Origin: Octopus bimaculoides
Lineage: Eukaryota
Reading direction: 5' to 3'
NCBI RefSeq assembly: GCF_001194135.2
Contig: NC_068981.1
Coordinates: forward strand, 46,918,246 to 46,955,174
DNA length: 36,929 nucleotides
A program made the position numbers and the translations under genes. The notes beneath the pieces are model-generated. The model was not told where the DNA came from and made no database searches. It saw nothing but the letters and a program-made list of their open reading frames with translations. Positions 11,051 through 24,183 of this stretch are shown here, piece by piece (positions within the stretch are counted from its first letter, which is position 1; each line of letters starts with the position of its first letter).

Positions 11051-14034
11051 AACACACAGACAGAATGTATATGCTTTACGTCAGAAAATTGTCTCACGAG
11101 ATTATTAATCGACAAATAAATCTAATTAGATTTAGTCTAAGAAACTTGCTTATTGAAAGATCTTAGAGTGAATATTCAAGAACAAACTATACAACAGTAT
11201 ATTAGAAGCAAAGGGCCTTATACTAGAATCTAATAATTTTGTACCCAAGTGTAATTAAATTGACAATATCCTTCATATGTGACGATAGGTGAAGTTGCTA
11301 AATTTCATTAGCACCGGAGTCCTCTTGATCATCATCTATCTTATCTTTACTTGGTGTCATGTCATTTGACTAGCTATACCCCATATTCAACGCAAATATC
11401 ATTCGTCTTATAAACTTTATCACCGAAGCATACACCTCATTGTAAAAACTGAATTAGCCACCAGAGAATCTCTAAATAAATTTCACAAGCGTGTGCAGTG
11501 GCTTGGTGCATCACAAATTATACCATAAATTCCCTGCTTTACGCATATAAATATTATAAGTACATTAGCGTTTACATATTAAATGTAGGAAACATTAAAA
11601 AAGCTGACTGAAAATAATGATACAGTGAAGATGAAAACAATATTTGTCAGTAACCAATATTAGTTTAATTTCTTCGTCAAATATGGGGGATCATTAAAAA
11701 GTTGACTTGATTTTATATCCTGCAGCATAAAAGTAGAAAATTACATTCTAGTATTGATGCTATTTTCGTAAATGATTTGATCCTTTTTGCTATAACCCTT
11801 TGTAGCTCGCCAGACAATAGCAACAGAAAAACAATTGTTTAGACCACATCCGATGTAATGTTGATTGTTCGGTGTTGCGAATGAATCTGTCAAAATGTCA
11901 ACATCAGAATTAAAGTAAAACAACTTGCATGAGGGCGAAAAACCGTTTAAGAAATCCAACATGGTGGATATTTGACTTCTATTCTCACTCGTTCTTCACT
12001 ATTTGTGCAAAATACGTGGGTATTTTTGATTAGATGCAGCAATGGAACTTCAGACGAATGAGAGATGACTGGCTTTGTTTTGCTTATTTCAATCTATTTT
12101 ATTGTATCTCAATACCAAACAGTAGAAGTCAACGATATTAAAGTTATATCAAAATCTACACTATTCGACAAAGCAGTTCCCTCTTTTCTCAATGCGGTAC
12201 TCACTTCTCGTCATAGTATTATGTGCAATCAATCCTAATATGCTTCATTTCATCAGGTTTAGATAAACTACGAAATCTGAAGGGTTTCTCTCGCGTAGCT
12301 AATTTAGAAAAAAAAATCTCAGACAGGTTTCAATCATTACTTCTATCTATAATACTTTTCCAATTTTAGCTTGCTTCTTTTCTTGTTTCTTCTACTCTCT
12401 CCCTAACTCTCTCGATATTCTCAATCACACAAATTTACAATATTCCTCCATTTTAATTTCTCCCTTATTTATTCATCTACAACCAAACCAACAATAGTAA
12501 TATATTTCTCTTCTATACTTCAAGAAGGCCAAGAATTAAACAAGTTTGAGCTTTCACTCTTTACTATAATTAAACTTATCGAAAACGCTATAGAATTATT
12601 GCTACTGGCATAGGCGATCAACAGATTTTACCATCCGTTTTTTCGACTTCTTTCATTGGAGAAATACCTAGGAATGAATTGTTAAGTTTCAGAACCACGA
12701 ACGTAGCAAAAGAAAATTAAAAAAAACAACAAAAAAAAAACAATGGCGTTAGTGCCACAAGTATTTCAGAAATAAAGTAAAGATACTCCAGGAAATGGAA
12801 ATGAAACGTGACAATATCTGTTAGACTCAAATTAGACACATTCGATTTAAATTTATTCAAAAGAAATTAATGAAATAGCAGGTGTTTTTAAACAAGAACA
12901 AAGCTCCACTTCACGAGTTAGTAGGTTTAAAGTTATATTTACTTTTCACACATTATCACTCTTTCCCGCCATAACGACTATACCGATGTCAATGTCATTT
13001 TCTTTAATCCATAATTGGTATAAATTAATTAAGAAAAGGTAAAATGTTTAGTCAGAATCCTGGTCGTTCTTGGAAAACTCTTATTCATTTTAGATTGAAG
13101 AAACTCACGCAAAGTTTTACACTGAGATTGAAGCTGAAACTTGTTTGAAAGCGAATATCTCATAAATATCTCACAAATAGTTAATTTGCAGCAATTAAGT
13201 TCGTTTTTCTTCTCAGTAGAAATCACATAATTAGGTCAAAGGGCGTAACAAAGCAAAAGTCCGGCATGTTGGTCAGATTCCTTTTTACATGTTCATTTTG
13301 TTATTCAGTTCGGTCCACAGTAAATGTTGGTATGTTATATAGCAGTCACACTGTGAGAAATGAAGGCTCATTGGAAAGGAAGCCTGAAGCTTCATGCAAA
13401 TTGATGTATCATAACACAGAGATTAATTACATTTCCCAATCAAGGATATATAAGGATTTTGTGAGCATTTTAAATAATAATGTATATGCTTATTTACTGG
13501 TGTAATTTAGTTCAGGTATGTATATGAGTATATAAATGTGTGTATATATGTGTGTGGGTGGTGGTGGTGGGGGTGAATGTAAATCTTTCGATATGTGCGT
13601 GTATGTGTGTAAATGTGTGTTTACGCTAGTATTAAAGCGAGACATCCTTCAGAAACAACAATATAAACAAATTACAGCTGCTTCATTCTCAGATATTAAA
13701 AGGCATCGTTGTTATGTTCAACAGTTTTGTTTCAGCTACCTGAGCAATAAATCTTCGGGATATTATTAAAACGCACATACTCGCGTGACACGGATATGAT
13801 CAAAGATACGTATACAAACATGCTTACACAATTCCCACTCACTTAATATATATATATACACATACGTACACACGCAAGCACACAGACACACATACACACA
13901 TATCATTTGAGAAATCTGTTTTTATTCAGATATATTTCGATATACTTAATGCAAGGATATACTCATGTATGGGAGTATACAGCTGAAACGAAATCATGGA
14001 TACATCACTTCTAGATTTTACATTGAACTGCCAG

Positions 14035-14036
14035 GC

Positions 14037-14117
<81 letters not shown>

Positions 14118-14372
14118 GGCTGCCTGTCTATCTGTCTCTCTGTATGTCTGTCTGTCCATCCGTCCGTCCGTCCGTCCGTCCATCCATCCATCCATCCATC
14201 TATCTATCTATCTATCTATCTATTTATCTATCTATCTATTTATGCATACATACATATATGCATACATACATATATGCATACATACATATATGCATACATA
14301 CATACAAACATACATATATGCATACATGCATACATGCATACACGCATACATACATACATACATATATACCTA
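14035..14372. repeat. Compound tetranucleotide microsatellite (TCTA/TCCG/TCCA/CATA)
   Basis: Directly visible; explains ORFs 13965-14393, 13996-14469 and 14144-14380. Confidence 0.97.
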
Positions 14373-14377
14373 CACGG

Positions 14378-14575
14378 TAATAATCCTTTTTAATAAAGGC
14401 ACAAGGCCTGAAATTTTAGGGGATGGGACTAGTCGATTACATCAACCCCAGTGTTTCAATGGTACTTAATTCATCGACTTCGAAATGATGAAAGGCAAAG
14501 TCGACCTCGGTGGAATTTGAAATACCGCTAAGCATTTCGTTCAGCGTGCTAACGATCCTGCCAATTCGGCACCTT
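14378..14575 (-). mobile_element. SINE copy (Octopus-type family, recalled not searched)
   Basis: The reverse complement matches 19761-20020 motif by motif (head GAGCTGG/GAATTGGCAG, GGTCGAC.TTGC.TTTCATC, CACTGGGGT.AT, CTTGTGCCT). Confidence 0.85.
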
Positions 14576-14578
14576 TAT

Positions 14579-15040
14579 ATATATAGCAATAGTAACAAGA
14601 ATCATTGGATGCGATTCGTAAACCATAAAATGCATCACTACGCGCCTTTTCACAGATTACATGTCTCTTACAATTACAGACCGTACTCCTGGTAGGATTA
14701 CAGTGTAGTCCGCTATATCCGTGGGTATCGTGTAGATCGTTTTCAAAGTAGATCATTTTCATGGATTCATTTTTTCTGGCGATATAACATTAATGGACGT
14801 TTAACAGTGGGGTGCAATAAACAACCCTCTGTTAAGCATCCATTAGTATTATGTCGCCTGAAGAAATGAATCCATTAATGTGATCTACCCGATGCTCACG
14901 GATATAGCGGACATCACTGCAATCATTATTGGGATACTGTGTGTAATCTTAGGATACATTTGATACGTGGAAACGCGCATTGAGATCCATTACATATTTA
15001 TAAATTCCATCAAAAGATTATGATTATTATTACTATATTT
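14579..15040. repeat. ~460-bp imperfect palindrome (fold-back / MITE-like), loop at 14815-14821
   Basis: CAGTGTAGTCCGCTATATCCGTGGGTATCGTGTAGATC (14701-14738) pairs with GATCTACCCGATGCTCACGGATATAGCGGACATCACTG (14882-14919). ATGGATTCATTTTTTCTGGCGA..TTAACAG pairs with CTGTTAA..TCGCCTGAAGAAATGAATCCAT. Weaker pairing continues outward. Confidence 0.88.
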
Positions 15041-15139
15041 ATCCTGCAGAATATCGCTACAGCTCGATGCAATCCTAAAAAACTGATTCACCAATCAGCA
15101 TACCTGAATAGGAACTTTATTTCGTATTCAGTGACCGCG

Positions 15140-15345
15140 TGTGCATCGTTGGCGATTTTCTTTCTCTGTCTGCCCTTCTTTGGACTTTTCCTATATTTCT
15201 GATGAAGATCTCCGATCGAAACGTTAAATCCTCTTTCTTTTCTTTCCTTTTCTGAGCTTCCAATAACACGGTACTTATTCCATGTCCTCGCGTTATGTTT
15301 TCGTGTTTTTTTCGTGTTTTTTGTCTTGCTTGATCACGTTTAAAT
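15140..15345 (+). mobile_element. Penelope-like element terminal-repeat (pLTR) remnant
   Basis: Carries the CTGATGAAG..CGAAACGTT signature typical of PLE pLTRs, followed by a pyrimidine-rich tail; no RT or GIY-YIG ORF nearby. Boundaries approximate. Confidence 0.6.
15195..15229 (+). ncRNA. Minimal type I hammerhead ribozyme motif
   Basis: AUUU (helix I) - CUGAUGA - extra A - GAUC/ucc/GAUC (helix II) - GAAA - CGU - U (cleavage position) - AAAU (helix I). Confidence 0.6.
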
Positions 15346-15347
15346 TG

Positions 15348-15392
<45 letters not shown>

Positions 15393-15419
15393 GATGTACT
15401 CTATGCACTTCATTATCAT

Positions 15420-15720
15420 TTCACTCGGGATTCATATTCTTTGTAGAAAACAGCCACTTCACTCCAATGTCACTCTCACATACATCAATGACATCATCAT
15501 CTTCATCATCCTCACCAGCGCAATCACTCCCCACTACCATCACAATCCTCATTATCAGTTCTCTGTTGCGAAGTCGTTTTTTTTTAAAGCTACAATCACG
15601 ACTGCAACATCTACTATACCATCACTATGAAAAAAGGTATCATTATTCCCCGTCCCATCCCCATCCCGACATCTATCATCAATGCGACCATCATCACCAG
15701 CATGAAAAGTGTCACCAAAC
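15420..15720. repeat. Degenerate (CAT)n/(CAC)n low-complexity region
   Basis: CATCAT/CACCAT-rich; explains the His/Ser/Ile-rich ORFs. Confidence 0.75.
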
Positions 15721-16767
15721 CAGCTTTGGACGCGTCACGACTCTATCACCATTACAGTACTTTCTCATTATTATGAACCTACTTACCCCTATGGATGTTC
15801 TTTTTCGAAAATTATCGAACATCGTATTTGTTCTCATCCTGAGTATTGTTGGAACAACGCCATAGATTGCGCTTGTACTGAGTGTCATAGGCCATCAGCA
15901 AATAGAAACTGAAATTAGCATCACTATGCCCTAAATATTGTATACGACTTCAAAGAATTGTTTTATTTTTTCCTTGCTGAACAATATACAAGTAATCGTA
16001 AACGTGTATAGATCTAGACTCCACGTCTGTGTGTGTTTGTATGTGCATGTATGTGATTGTGTGTATGTACGTGTCCATACGTTTGAGTGCATTTATGTAT
16101 GTATGCATGTCTGAATGTGTGCGCAAACGGCTATATTTGAATCATTGTATTTGTACCACTGCAAGTTTTTCTCAACAGGGTGACAGGGAAATAAGCTCTG
16201 TATAGGTTACACTGGTTAGTGCGAAAATGAATGCAAGCCAAACTTCCTTCTACTTCATTGAGAGCCAGCCTCCTGGTATCGAAGTTGCTATAACAACAAT
16301 ACTAAATAAACTGTCATGGTTGTAGTAATGAAGAGAAACAGGCTTCAAGCTTATATTTACAAGGATCGCAAAATACAAGTTATAAAATAAAGAAAAAAAA
16401 TGTGATATGTTATCTCGATATCTGTTTCAAGATTGCTACAAATTGCGTGATAGCAATAATCATAAGCAGTATACGTATGATGTCAGAGTTGTTCGACCAA
16501 AAATGCTTTTGCCAGTCTACATCTTGGAAGACGTATCCTAATTTGTTTTAAAATGTTAATCTGGATTTGTCGTTGATCGCACATTTATGACAACATGCAT
16601 TTATTACTGATAAATGTCATCATGTTCTAAGTTATGATGATCTTGAAACAGCTGCTGAGATAAGACATTACTTAATTTCTTGTATATTTTATAATTTGCA
16701 TTTCACGCCCCATGTAATTCATACATAAAGCCTGATTTATCTACCTAAATACATATCTCTACACACA

Positions 16768-16824
<57 letters not shown>

Positions 16825-18642
16825 GCATATATATATNNNNNNNNNNNNNNNNNNNNNNNNNNNNNNNNNNNNNNNNNNNNNNNNNNNNNNNNNNNNNNNN
16901 NNNNNNNNNNNNNNNNNNNNNNNNNNNNNNNNNNNNNNNNNNNNNNNNNNNNNNNNNNNNNNNNNNNNNNNNNNNNNNNNNNNNNNNNNNNNNNNNNNNN
17001 NNNNNNNNNNNNNNNNNNNNNNNNNNNNNNNNNNNNNNNNNNNNNNNNNNNNNNNNNNNNNNNNNNNNNNNNNNNNNNNNNNNNNNNNNNNNNNNNNNNN
17101 NNNNNNNNNNNNNNNNNNNNNNNNNNNNNNNNNNNNNNNNNNNNNNNNNNNNNNNNNNNNNNNNNNNNNNNNNNNNNNNNNNNNNNNNNNNNNNNNNNNN
17201 NNNNNNNNNNNNNNNNNNNNNNNNNNNNNNNNNNNNNNNNNNNNNNNNNNNNNNNNNNNNNNNNNNNNNNNNNNNNNNNNNNNNNNNNNNNNNNNNNNNN
17301 NNNNNNNNNNNNNNNNNNNNNNNNNNNNNNNNNNNNNNNNNNNNNNNNNNNNNNNNNNNNNNNNNNNNNNNNNNNNNNNNNNNNNNNNNNNNNNNNNNNN
17401 NNNNNNNNNNNNNNNNNNNNNNNNNNNNNNNNNNNNNNNNNTATATATATATATATATCTTCTTACATCTTTGTAGGCCTTGTGCGTATGTGTGTATTTA
17501 TGTTTAAAATTACGCCTTTGCTTTCTACATTTCAAGTACAAATATCTTCCAAATCTGATACTTGTCCACTCTGTTGGCCTTATTCTTGTTTATGTTGAAG
17601 ATTGGAACTTTACTCTTTCTATCTATTTAAACACCCACTTACATAGAAGCATAGAAACTTGCTTCCAATATCAATCAAAAATCTACTACATGTACACATT
17701 TTATTTAATATCCACATCCTTGCACACAATAGTATCACGTACACACACATTCACACTGATTTCAACCCGCCTTACCAATATTCTCCTACAGCTTCACACC
17801 TTTGGTGCTTACATAGCTTATTCTTTGTAAATCTATTCAAAATTCTCTACTCATATATTTTTCTCCTCCATCCTCGATCTATGTATTACCATTCCCTACC
17901 TACACCATTGATTCCTGGTCTTATTTCTACTCACTCGTTTTATATATCTTTTCTCATATTTGCTCATGTCATATATTTTATCTTTCAATCAACATGCTCA
18001 TTCAAATCTCTCATATCTCTCTCACTTTTACTGTAACCCACAGTTTCAAATATACTTTTCCTATTATATTTGCATAAAAGCAACTTCTTTTTACATATCT
18101 AACTTTGCAACAACCTACTATTTTTTTTTTATATTTTGATGTCTTATAAACACCAGAAGCACACAGAGATACAGACACACATAGAGAGCCACACGTAGAA
18201 GCACATAGTCAGACACGCACTAATATTCACACACGTTTCACCACTGTACTTTTCAATCCCGTTAGCACTCTACGCTTCATAGACGCATTTACTTCATCAA
18301 TATTCCCTTTGTTAACAAACCTGAGGCTATCTGCATAAATTTGTACGCAGCATATTGTATTTTTTTGCTTTTTTTTTTACAATTTGTATATCAAGGTACA
18401 ACTCAATTGGACGTAAAGAACATCCCTTCATAATTACATTTCAGAAAGAAGAACAACACACACACATACATTTACACATATTCATACACACACACGTGCA
18501 TATATATANNNNNNNNNNNNNNNNNNNNNNNNNNNNNNNNNNNNNNNNNNNNNNNNNNNNNNNNNNNNNNNNNNNNNNNNNNNNNNNNNNNNNNNNNNNN
18601 NNNNNNNNNNNNNNNNNNNNNNNNNNNNNNNNNNNNNNNNNN

Positions 18643-18673
<31 letters not shown>

Positions 18674-18794
18674 AATATATACATGCATATGTATACAAAC
18701 TTACACGCACTCATACACTCATACATATACATAAAAAATATTCACGTAGACGCACAGACATACACAAACATACACATACACATACACATATACA

Positions 18795-18829
<35 letters not shown>

Positions 18830-18979
18830 GCATATATATAATTTCTTTCATTAACGAGCCAGGTAACAATTACCATTTATAATCACCATGTTTACTTCAC
18901 GTATATTCCCCTTATCCGCCTTGCTTGTGTTGTTGCTGTTTTTATTCTACACCTTCCAATGGTCCTTCTTACGCGCCAC

Positions 18980-19045
18980 TTCTTCTTCTCCTCCTCCTCC
19001 TCCTCCTCCTCATCATCATCATCATTATTATTGTTGTTGTTGTTG

Positions 19046-19106
<61 letters not shown>
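18980..19106. repeat. Compound trinucleotide microsatellite (CTT/CCT/CAT/GTT/ATT)
   Basis: Directly visible. Confidence 0.97.
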
Positions 19107-19107
<1 letters not shown>

Positions 19108-19604
19108 CGTATCATCATGTTCCGTGTTTACCATCAGTAAAATCGGTATTTTCATGTGTTGTCTTCCACTTTACATCTTTGCTTTCGTGTCTCCTGTACA
19201 TGTTTTTGCCTCATACCTGAACACAATGCCCCTATCGAATCTGTCCAACAATAATGCTTACATTGAACAATTACCATTTTATTTAATCTATGGAAAATAA
19301 ACATTTTTTTCAGCACACACTTGTTTTAAATCTCTCATTGTGGAAATCGCTATTTTCTATTCACAACATATCTGAAATTAATATTGTGTTCGGATGAAAA
19401 CTTTCTGTGGTGCTAAAGACATAACATGGTGTACACTGTCGTGTAATCCTTCAATAAGAATTCTCAAAAAAATTCGTGAAATTTCTTTTTACCTAAAATA
19501 ACGGGTTTATTATTGTTGTTCTTGAGGTCCTTGTTCTTTTTATTGATGTTGATGTTGTTTCAATTATTGTTATTGCTTTGTGGTTGTTGTGGCTTTTGCT
19601 GCTG

Positions 19605-19703
19605 TTCTTCTTCTTCTTCTTCTTCTTCTTCTTCTTCTTCTTCTTCTTCTTCTTCTTCTTCTTCTTCTTCTTCTTCTTCTTCTTCTTCTTCTTCTTCTTC
19701 TTC

Positions 19704-19760
<57 letters not shown>
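19605..19760. repeat. (TTC)n followed by (ATT)n
   Basis: Directly visible. Confidence 0.98.
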
Positions 19761-20020
19761 CAAGTCGGTGAGCTGGTGGAATTATTACCACCCCAGGCAA
19801 AACGATTAGTGGTATTTCTTGTTTAGGATTAAAATTCCGCTTCGGTCGACATTGCTTTTCATCCTTTCAGGGTCGATGAAATAAGTACAAGTGAGACACT
19901 GGGGTCAATGAAATCAACTAGTACCCTCCCACAAAATTTCATGCTTTGTTCCCATAACTCTTACCCCTCAAATTTCTGCTCTTGTGCCTATAGTAGAAAG
20001 GATTCCTTTTATTATTATTA
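19761..20020 (+). mobile_element. SINE copy with duplicated 3' segment and (ATT)n tail
   Basis: Same family as the 14378 copy. The 3' motif CCC..CAAA.TTTC..CTT(T)GT.CC occurs twice; ends GTGCCTATAGTAGAAAGGATT. Confidence 0.8.
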
Positions 20021-20227
20021 TCAACAGTGATAATAGCTCTTTCTACTAATATGCACATGGTCTGAAATTTCATACAAAATTCTTAATTTGTTTTTAAAGA
20101 AGTAGATGTCGCAAGTTTTGGCTTATTGAGCTAACTCAGTGGTCCTGTTGTAGACAAGAAACCAAGACTATCACGGCTAGAAAACTCGATCAGAGGTTAA
20201 ATGACTTTAACGCGACAACTTGTGCCA

Positions 20228-20951
20228 TATATATATACTACTGGCACAAGAACATAATCTTAATGCAGAATTCACTATATATACTACTGGCACAAGTACA
20301 TAATCTTAATGGAGAATTCACTATATATACTACTGGCACAAGTACATAATCTTAATGCAGAATTCACTATATATACTACTGGCACAAGTACATAATCTTA
20401 ATGGAGAATTCACTATATATACTACTAGCACAAGTACATAATCTTAATGCAGAATTCACTATATATACTACTGGCACAAGTACATAATCTTAATGCAGAA
20501 TTCACTATATATACTACTGGCACAAGTACATAATCTTAATGCAGAATTCACTATATATACTACTAGCACAAGTACATAATCTTAATGCAGAATTCACTAT
20601 ATATACTACTAGCACAAGTACATAATCTTAATGCAGAATTCACTATTNNNNNNNNNNNNNNNNNNNNNNNNNNNNNNNNNNNNNNNNNNNNNNNNNNNNN
20701 NNNNNNNNNNNNNNNNNNNNNNNNNNNNNNNNNNNNNNNNNNNNNNNNNNNNNNNNNNNNNNNNNNNNNNNNNNNNNNNNNNNNNNNNNNNNNTCTTAAT
20801 GCAGAATTCACTATATATACTACTAGCACAAGTACATAATCTTAATGCAGAATTCACTATATATACTACTAGCACAAGTACATAATCTTAATGCAGAATT
20901 CACTATATATACTACTAGCACAAGTACATAATCTTAATGCAGAATTCACTA
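20228..20951. repeat. 46-bp minisatellite, unit CTATATATACTACT(G/A)GCACAAGTACATAATCTTAATG(C/G)AGAATTCA
   Basis: About 9 copies before and about 3 after the gap 20648-20793; head-to-tail with no spacers. Confidence 0.97.
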
Positions 20952-22802
20952 TTCACTTATACGAACGCATTTGTATTAACTATGTGTAGTTGTTATTATT
21001 ATTGTCATCGTGTGTAGATGTTATTTTTAGCTCTAGATCATCTGCTTGTTATCGAGGAAATTAAAAACCACAAGCATTTACTCCATGACCATGCACGATT
21101 GTCCTTTTAGAATGGTATACTTCTGATTCCAGCAAAATATATATCTTTTTAAAAGAAATAGAGTGTTGCTTGAAGTAGATTTAGCTGCTGTTTCTACTTA
21201 GTTTTATCTTCTTTGAGAAGGGTATTTTACTGTGACAAAGAAAGAAGAAGCACTCCTTCGAATATTGCTTCAATTTTTAGGGATCAAATCGGCAACAGTT
21301 TCTGACAGAAAACCTTGTTTGTGTAGAGCATGTCACTTTGTTGTAATATTTCTTTTTAAAGCAAGAATATGTTTATCTCATTGATATACAAGGCGTATTT
21401 TATTTTTGATTATTCGTCTCCCATGCATTGTCTACTCTATTTCTGTCAAGCTTAAAATATTCTGTTATATTCATAACCTCCACTATAGTAGAATATACCG
21501 CTTGACTTACCACGCGATTTCCGAATAATATTTTGATTATCAACTCCAAAAAACTGTCCAGAACATGATATATTTTATTTTCCAGTATTTTTCATTAAAC
21601 TTCCACGTTCTTTTCTTTTTGCTTTCCTTCTTCTACTCAAAGTTATGCTTATTTCATAGCCATTTTGTCTTCTTTTATTATGATCTTCTTCATATTGAAT
21701 AAATGTAGATATGTTGAGCACAAGATGTGAATTTCTTTAGTGAACCCCTTCTTGCTTGAAATAGTGCTTATGTAGAAAAAATAAATACCTCTACCCTTAG
21801 ATCTATTTTGAATAATATCACTATACTTATTATGAAGTTACAAATAAAAATGTAATCTAAGTACTAGGTTTCAAATTATATAGAGAATGCAGCTGATAGT
21901 ACTAGAACCATCTATCTTGTGCGGGATTATTTTGTTAAACATTATGTAGTAACACATTAGCTTCTTAAATATGTAAGACAAATTGCATTCACTCTTTTAT
22001 CTTTAATGCGCTATCACCATTACATAATTCCTCAGCAATTCAGTTATTAATAATATGATTCATCGGAGCATATTGAAACGGAATGGATATTTGCTAGGTT
22101 AGAATATAAGAAAAATAGCGTTAACTTTTTACAGCAAGTAACTGACAAATTACCTTGAGACTTAAAACTGCACTATTTTATAGGAGAGAATTGTAGTTCG
22201 CTTGATGCATTGTGTATTGTTTGTAAAGAATAAAAAGTTTTGAATGGTACAACAATGCACTATAATACAAAAAAAAAAGGAATATATAACTATTGTAATT
22301 TAGTTATCTATAGTTCGATGATATTTCGGAATAGAATTCTTTCTTCAGATATTCTTAGATGGAGTCCCTGCTATTGGAAACTGCAGTTGCTCTCTTGTGT
22401 ATAATCTAATACGATTTCTAAGCAAGTAATACATACTTAATACTAATTCCTGAATAGGTTTGTTTAAATTTCATATCTTAAACTGATGTGTTAACGTCTA
22501 CTGTTAATCAATATCTTGACATGATTGTGGTCATCGGGTAATCAAATCTATATTGTTAATTGATATAATCCTATTTAACTTGAAAGAGAAAATTAAGAGA
22601 ATCATTAAAGTCTTAAAAGAAAGTCCTTAGAGCATATTCTGTTGGCATAACGATTTACATTTACCACTTGGTTTTATGGTTGTAGAATTATTGCTGTTAT
22701 TAATGCTATTCTCATATCTTATAAAATAGGTAGTGGTCTTCCACGCTTAGAGGCCTCTAGCGAAGGAAAGCGAATCTAACATCTTATGACAATATGGACA
22801 CA

Positions 22803-22845
<43 letters not shown>

Positions 22846-24183
22846 GAAACATATTATAACAGTAATAAAAAATAATAAAAAAAACATGCATTTGTCTTAC
22901 TGTGAATATATATTGGAGATATAGGAATACCACAGTCTGAAAGAAGGGTTCTATCATCAAAACCAGGTATAAACATGATGGGGTAAACGGCAATGGGATT
23001 TGTAAGATATAAACTGCAAGGAAATAAGTTGCGTAGATGTACACACACCGGCACGCAGAGATGTACACGGAAAAACACGCACACCCATTTACACCCATAA
23101 ACACACATACACACACATATAAACACATATGCTTTTATAAAGGAAATGACAACAGTGATTTCAAAATTTTGAGTTCCCAGTTTAATGAAAGCAAAAATGC
23201 TGAAACTTAGAAGTCACTGGCAATTATTTTCCTTTCATAAATTAATAAATATGCATTCTACGAAAAACTATCAAATTATCTTTAAGTTTAATGTTAGATT
23301 GTTTGTACATAACTTCGCATAAAGCAGACATATATATATGTGAATATATTTAAAATGTATGTGTGTGAGTGTTTGTGGGTGTATGTATAGCTCTGTGTGT
23401 GTATGTATGTATGTATGTATGTATGTATGTATGTATGTTTGTTTGTATATGTGCCTCTATGCGCATGCGTGATTTTTTTTTGTCTATGCGTTGTCTTACG
23501 GAGTGTGCATACGTAAGTTATGAGTGCCCAAGTCTACAAATGAATGTTCAAACTTTTATTGAGTCTCCCTATTCTCGATATTGTCAGCGTGTTTTCATCG
23601 GGATTGTCGTCCTTATCTGTACTCCTTTGTGTTTTTTTTTCTTTCCTCTGTTATTCGTGTTCTTTTTCCTGTAGTATTATTAATATCATTTTTATTACAG
23701 CTATTGTAGATTTACGACTGTCTTCTTTTATTACATTTACAATTTATTTTCGATATAACTAATTTGTCAGTTACTTTTATTTATTGTTAATCTCTTTTCT
23801 TTTTTTTCTCTTTTTCTTTGCATATCATTGTCCTCCGAATATTTTTTGTCGGCTTCATGGAACATATTTCACCTGCGAACGATTTCGTAGACTAAATGAA
23901 AATTGAAACGTATTGGAAATGAAGATTAACCAATAGTAAATGCCTTCTAAATGAAACAAACTTCCTTACAGAATATATCAGTAATTACACGAGTGCTGTT
24001 TTTACATATCAAAACCTTTCCAGTATCTGAAATAAGAAAACGGTAACCAAATAACAATAACAAAAATATTGTAATAATAACCATTGAAAACCACTAGCAT
24101 CAACACCCAGCAGCATCAATAATAACACAATTCATAAATTTAACGGCACTAGTTAACATAAGGGAGCTAAGATATCATACACA

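Noticed and set aside
15709-15912. Cys-rich 67-aa ORF, and a minus-strand GTAAGT donor at 15786
   Set aside because: No signal peptide or recognisable motif; the best acceptor-donor pair has stops in all three frames; no partner exon.
18888-19826. Homopolymeric ORFs (poly-L/I/Y/N/E/S/R)
   Set aside because: Translations of trinucleotide microsatellites.
20228-20951. CRISPR-like regular repeats
   Set aside because: Head-to-tail units with no unique spacers, no cas genes, eukaryotic context.
21000-22700. Possible very old LINE-like remnant
   Set aside because: No diagnostic motif could be read; all frames are heavily interrupted.
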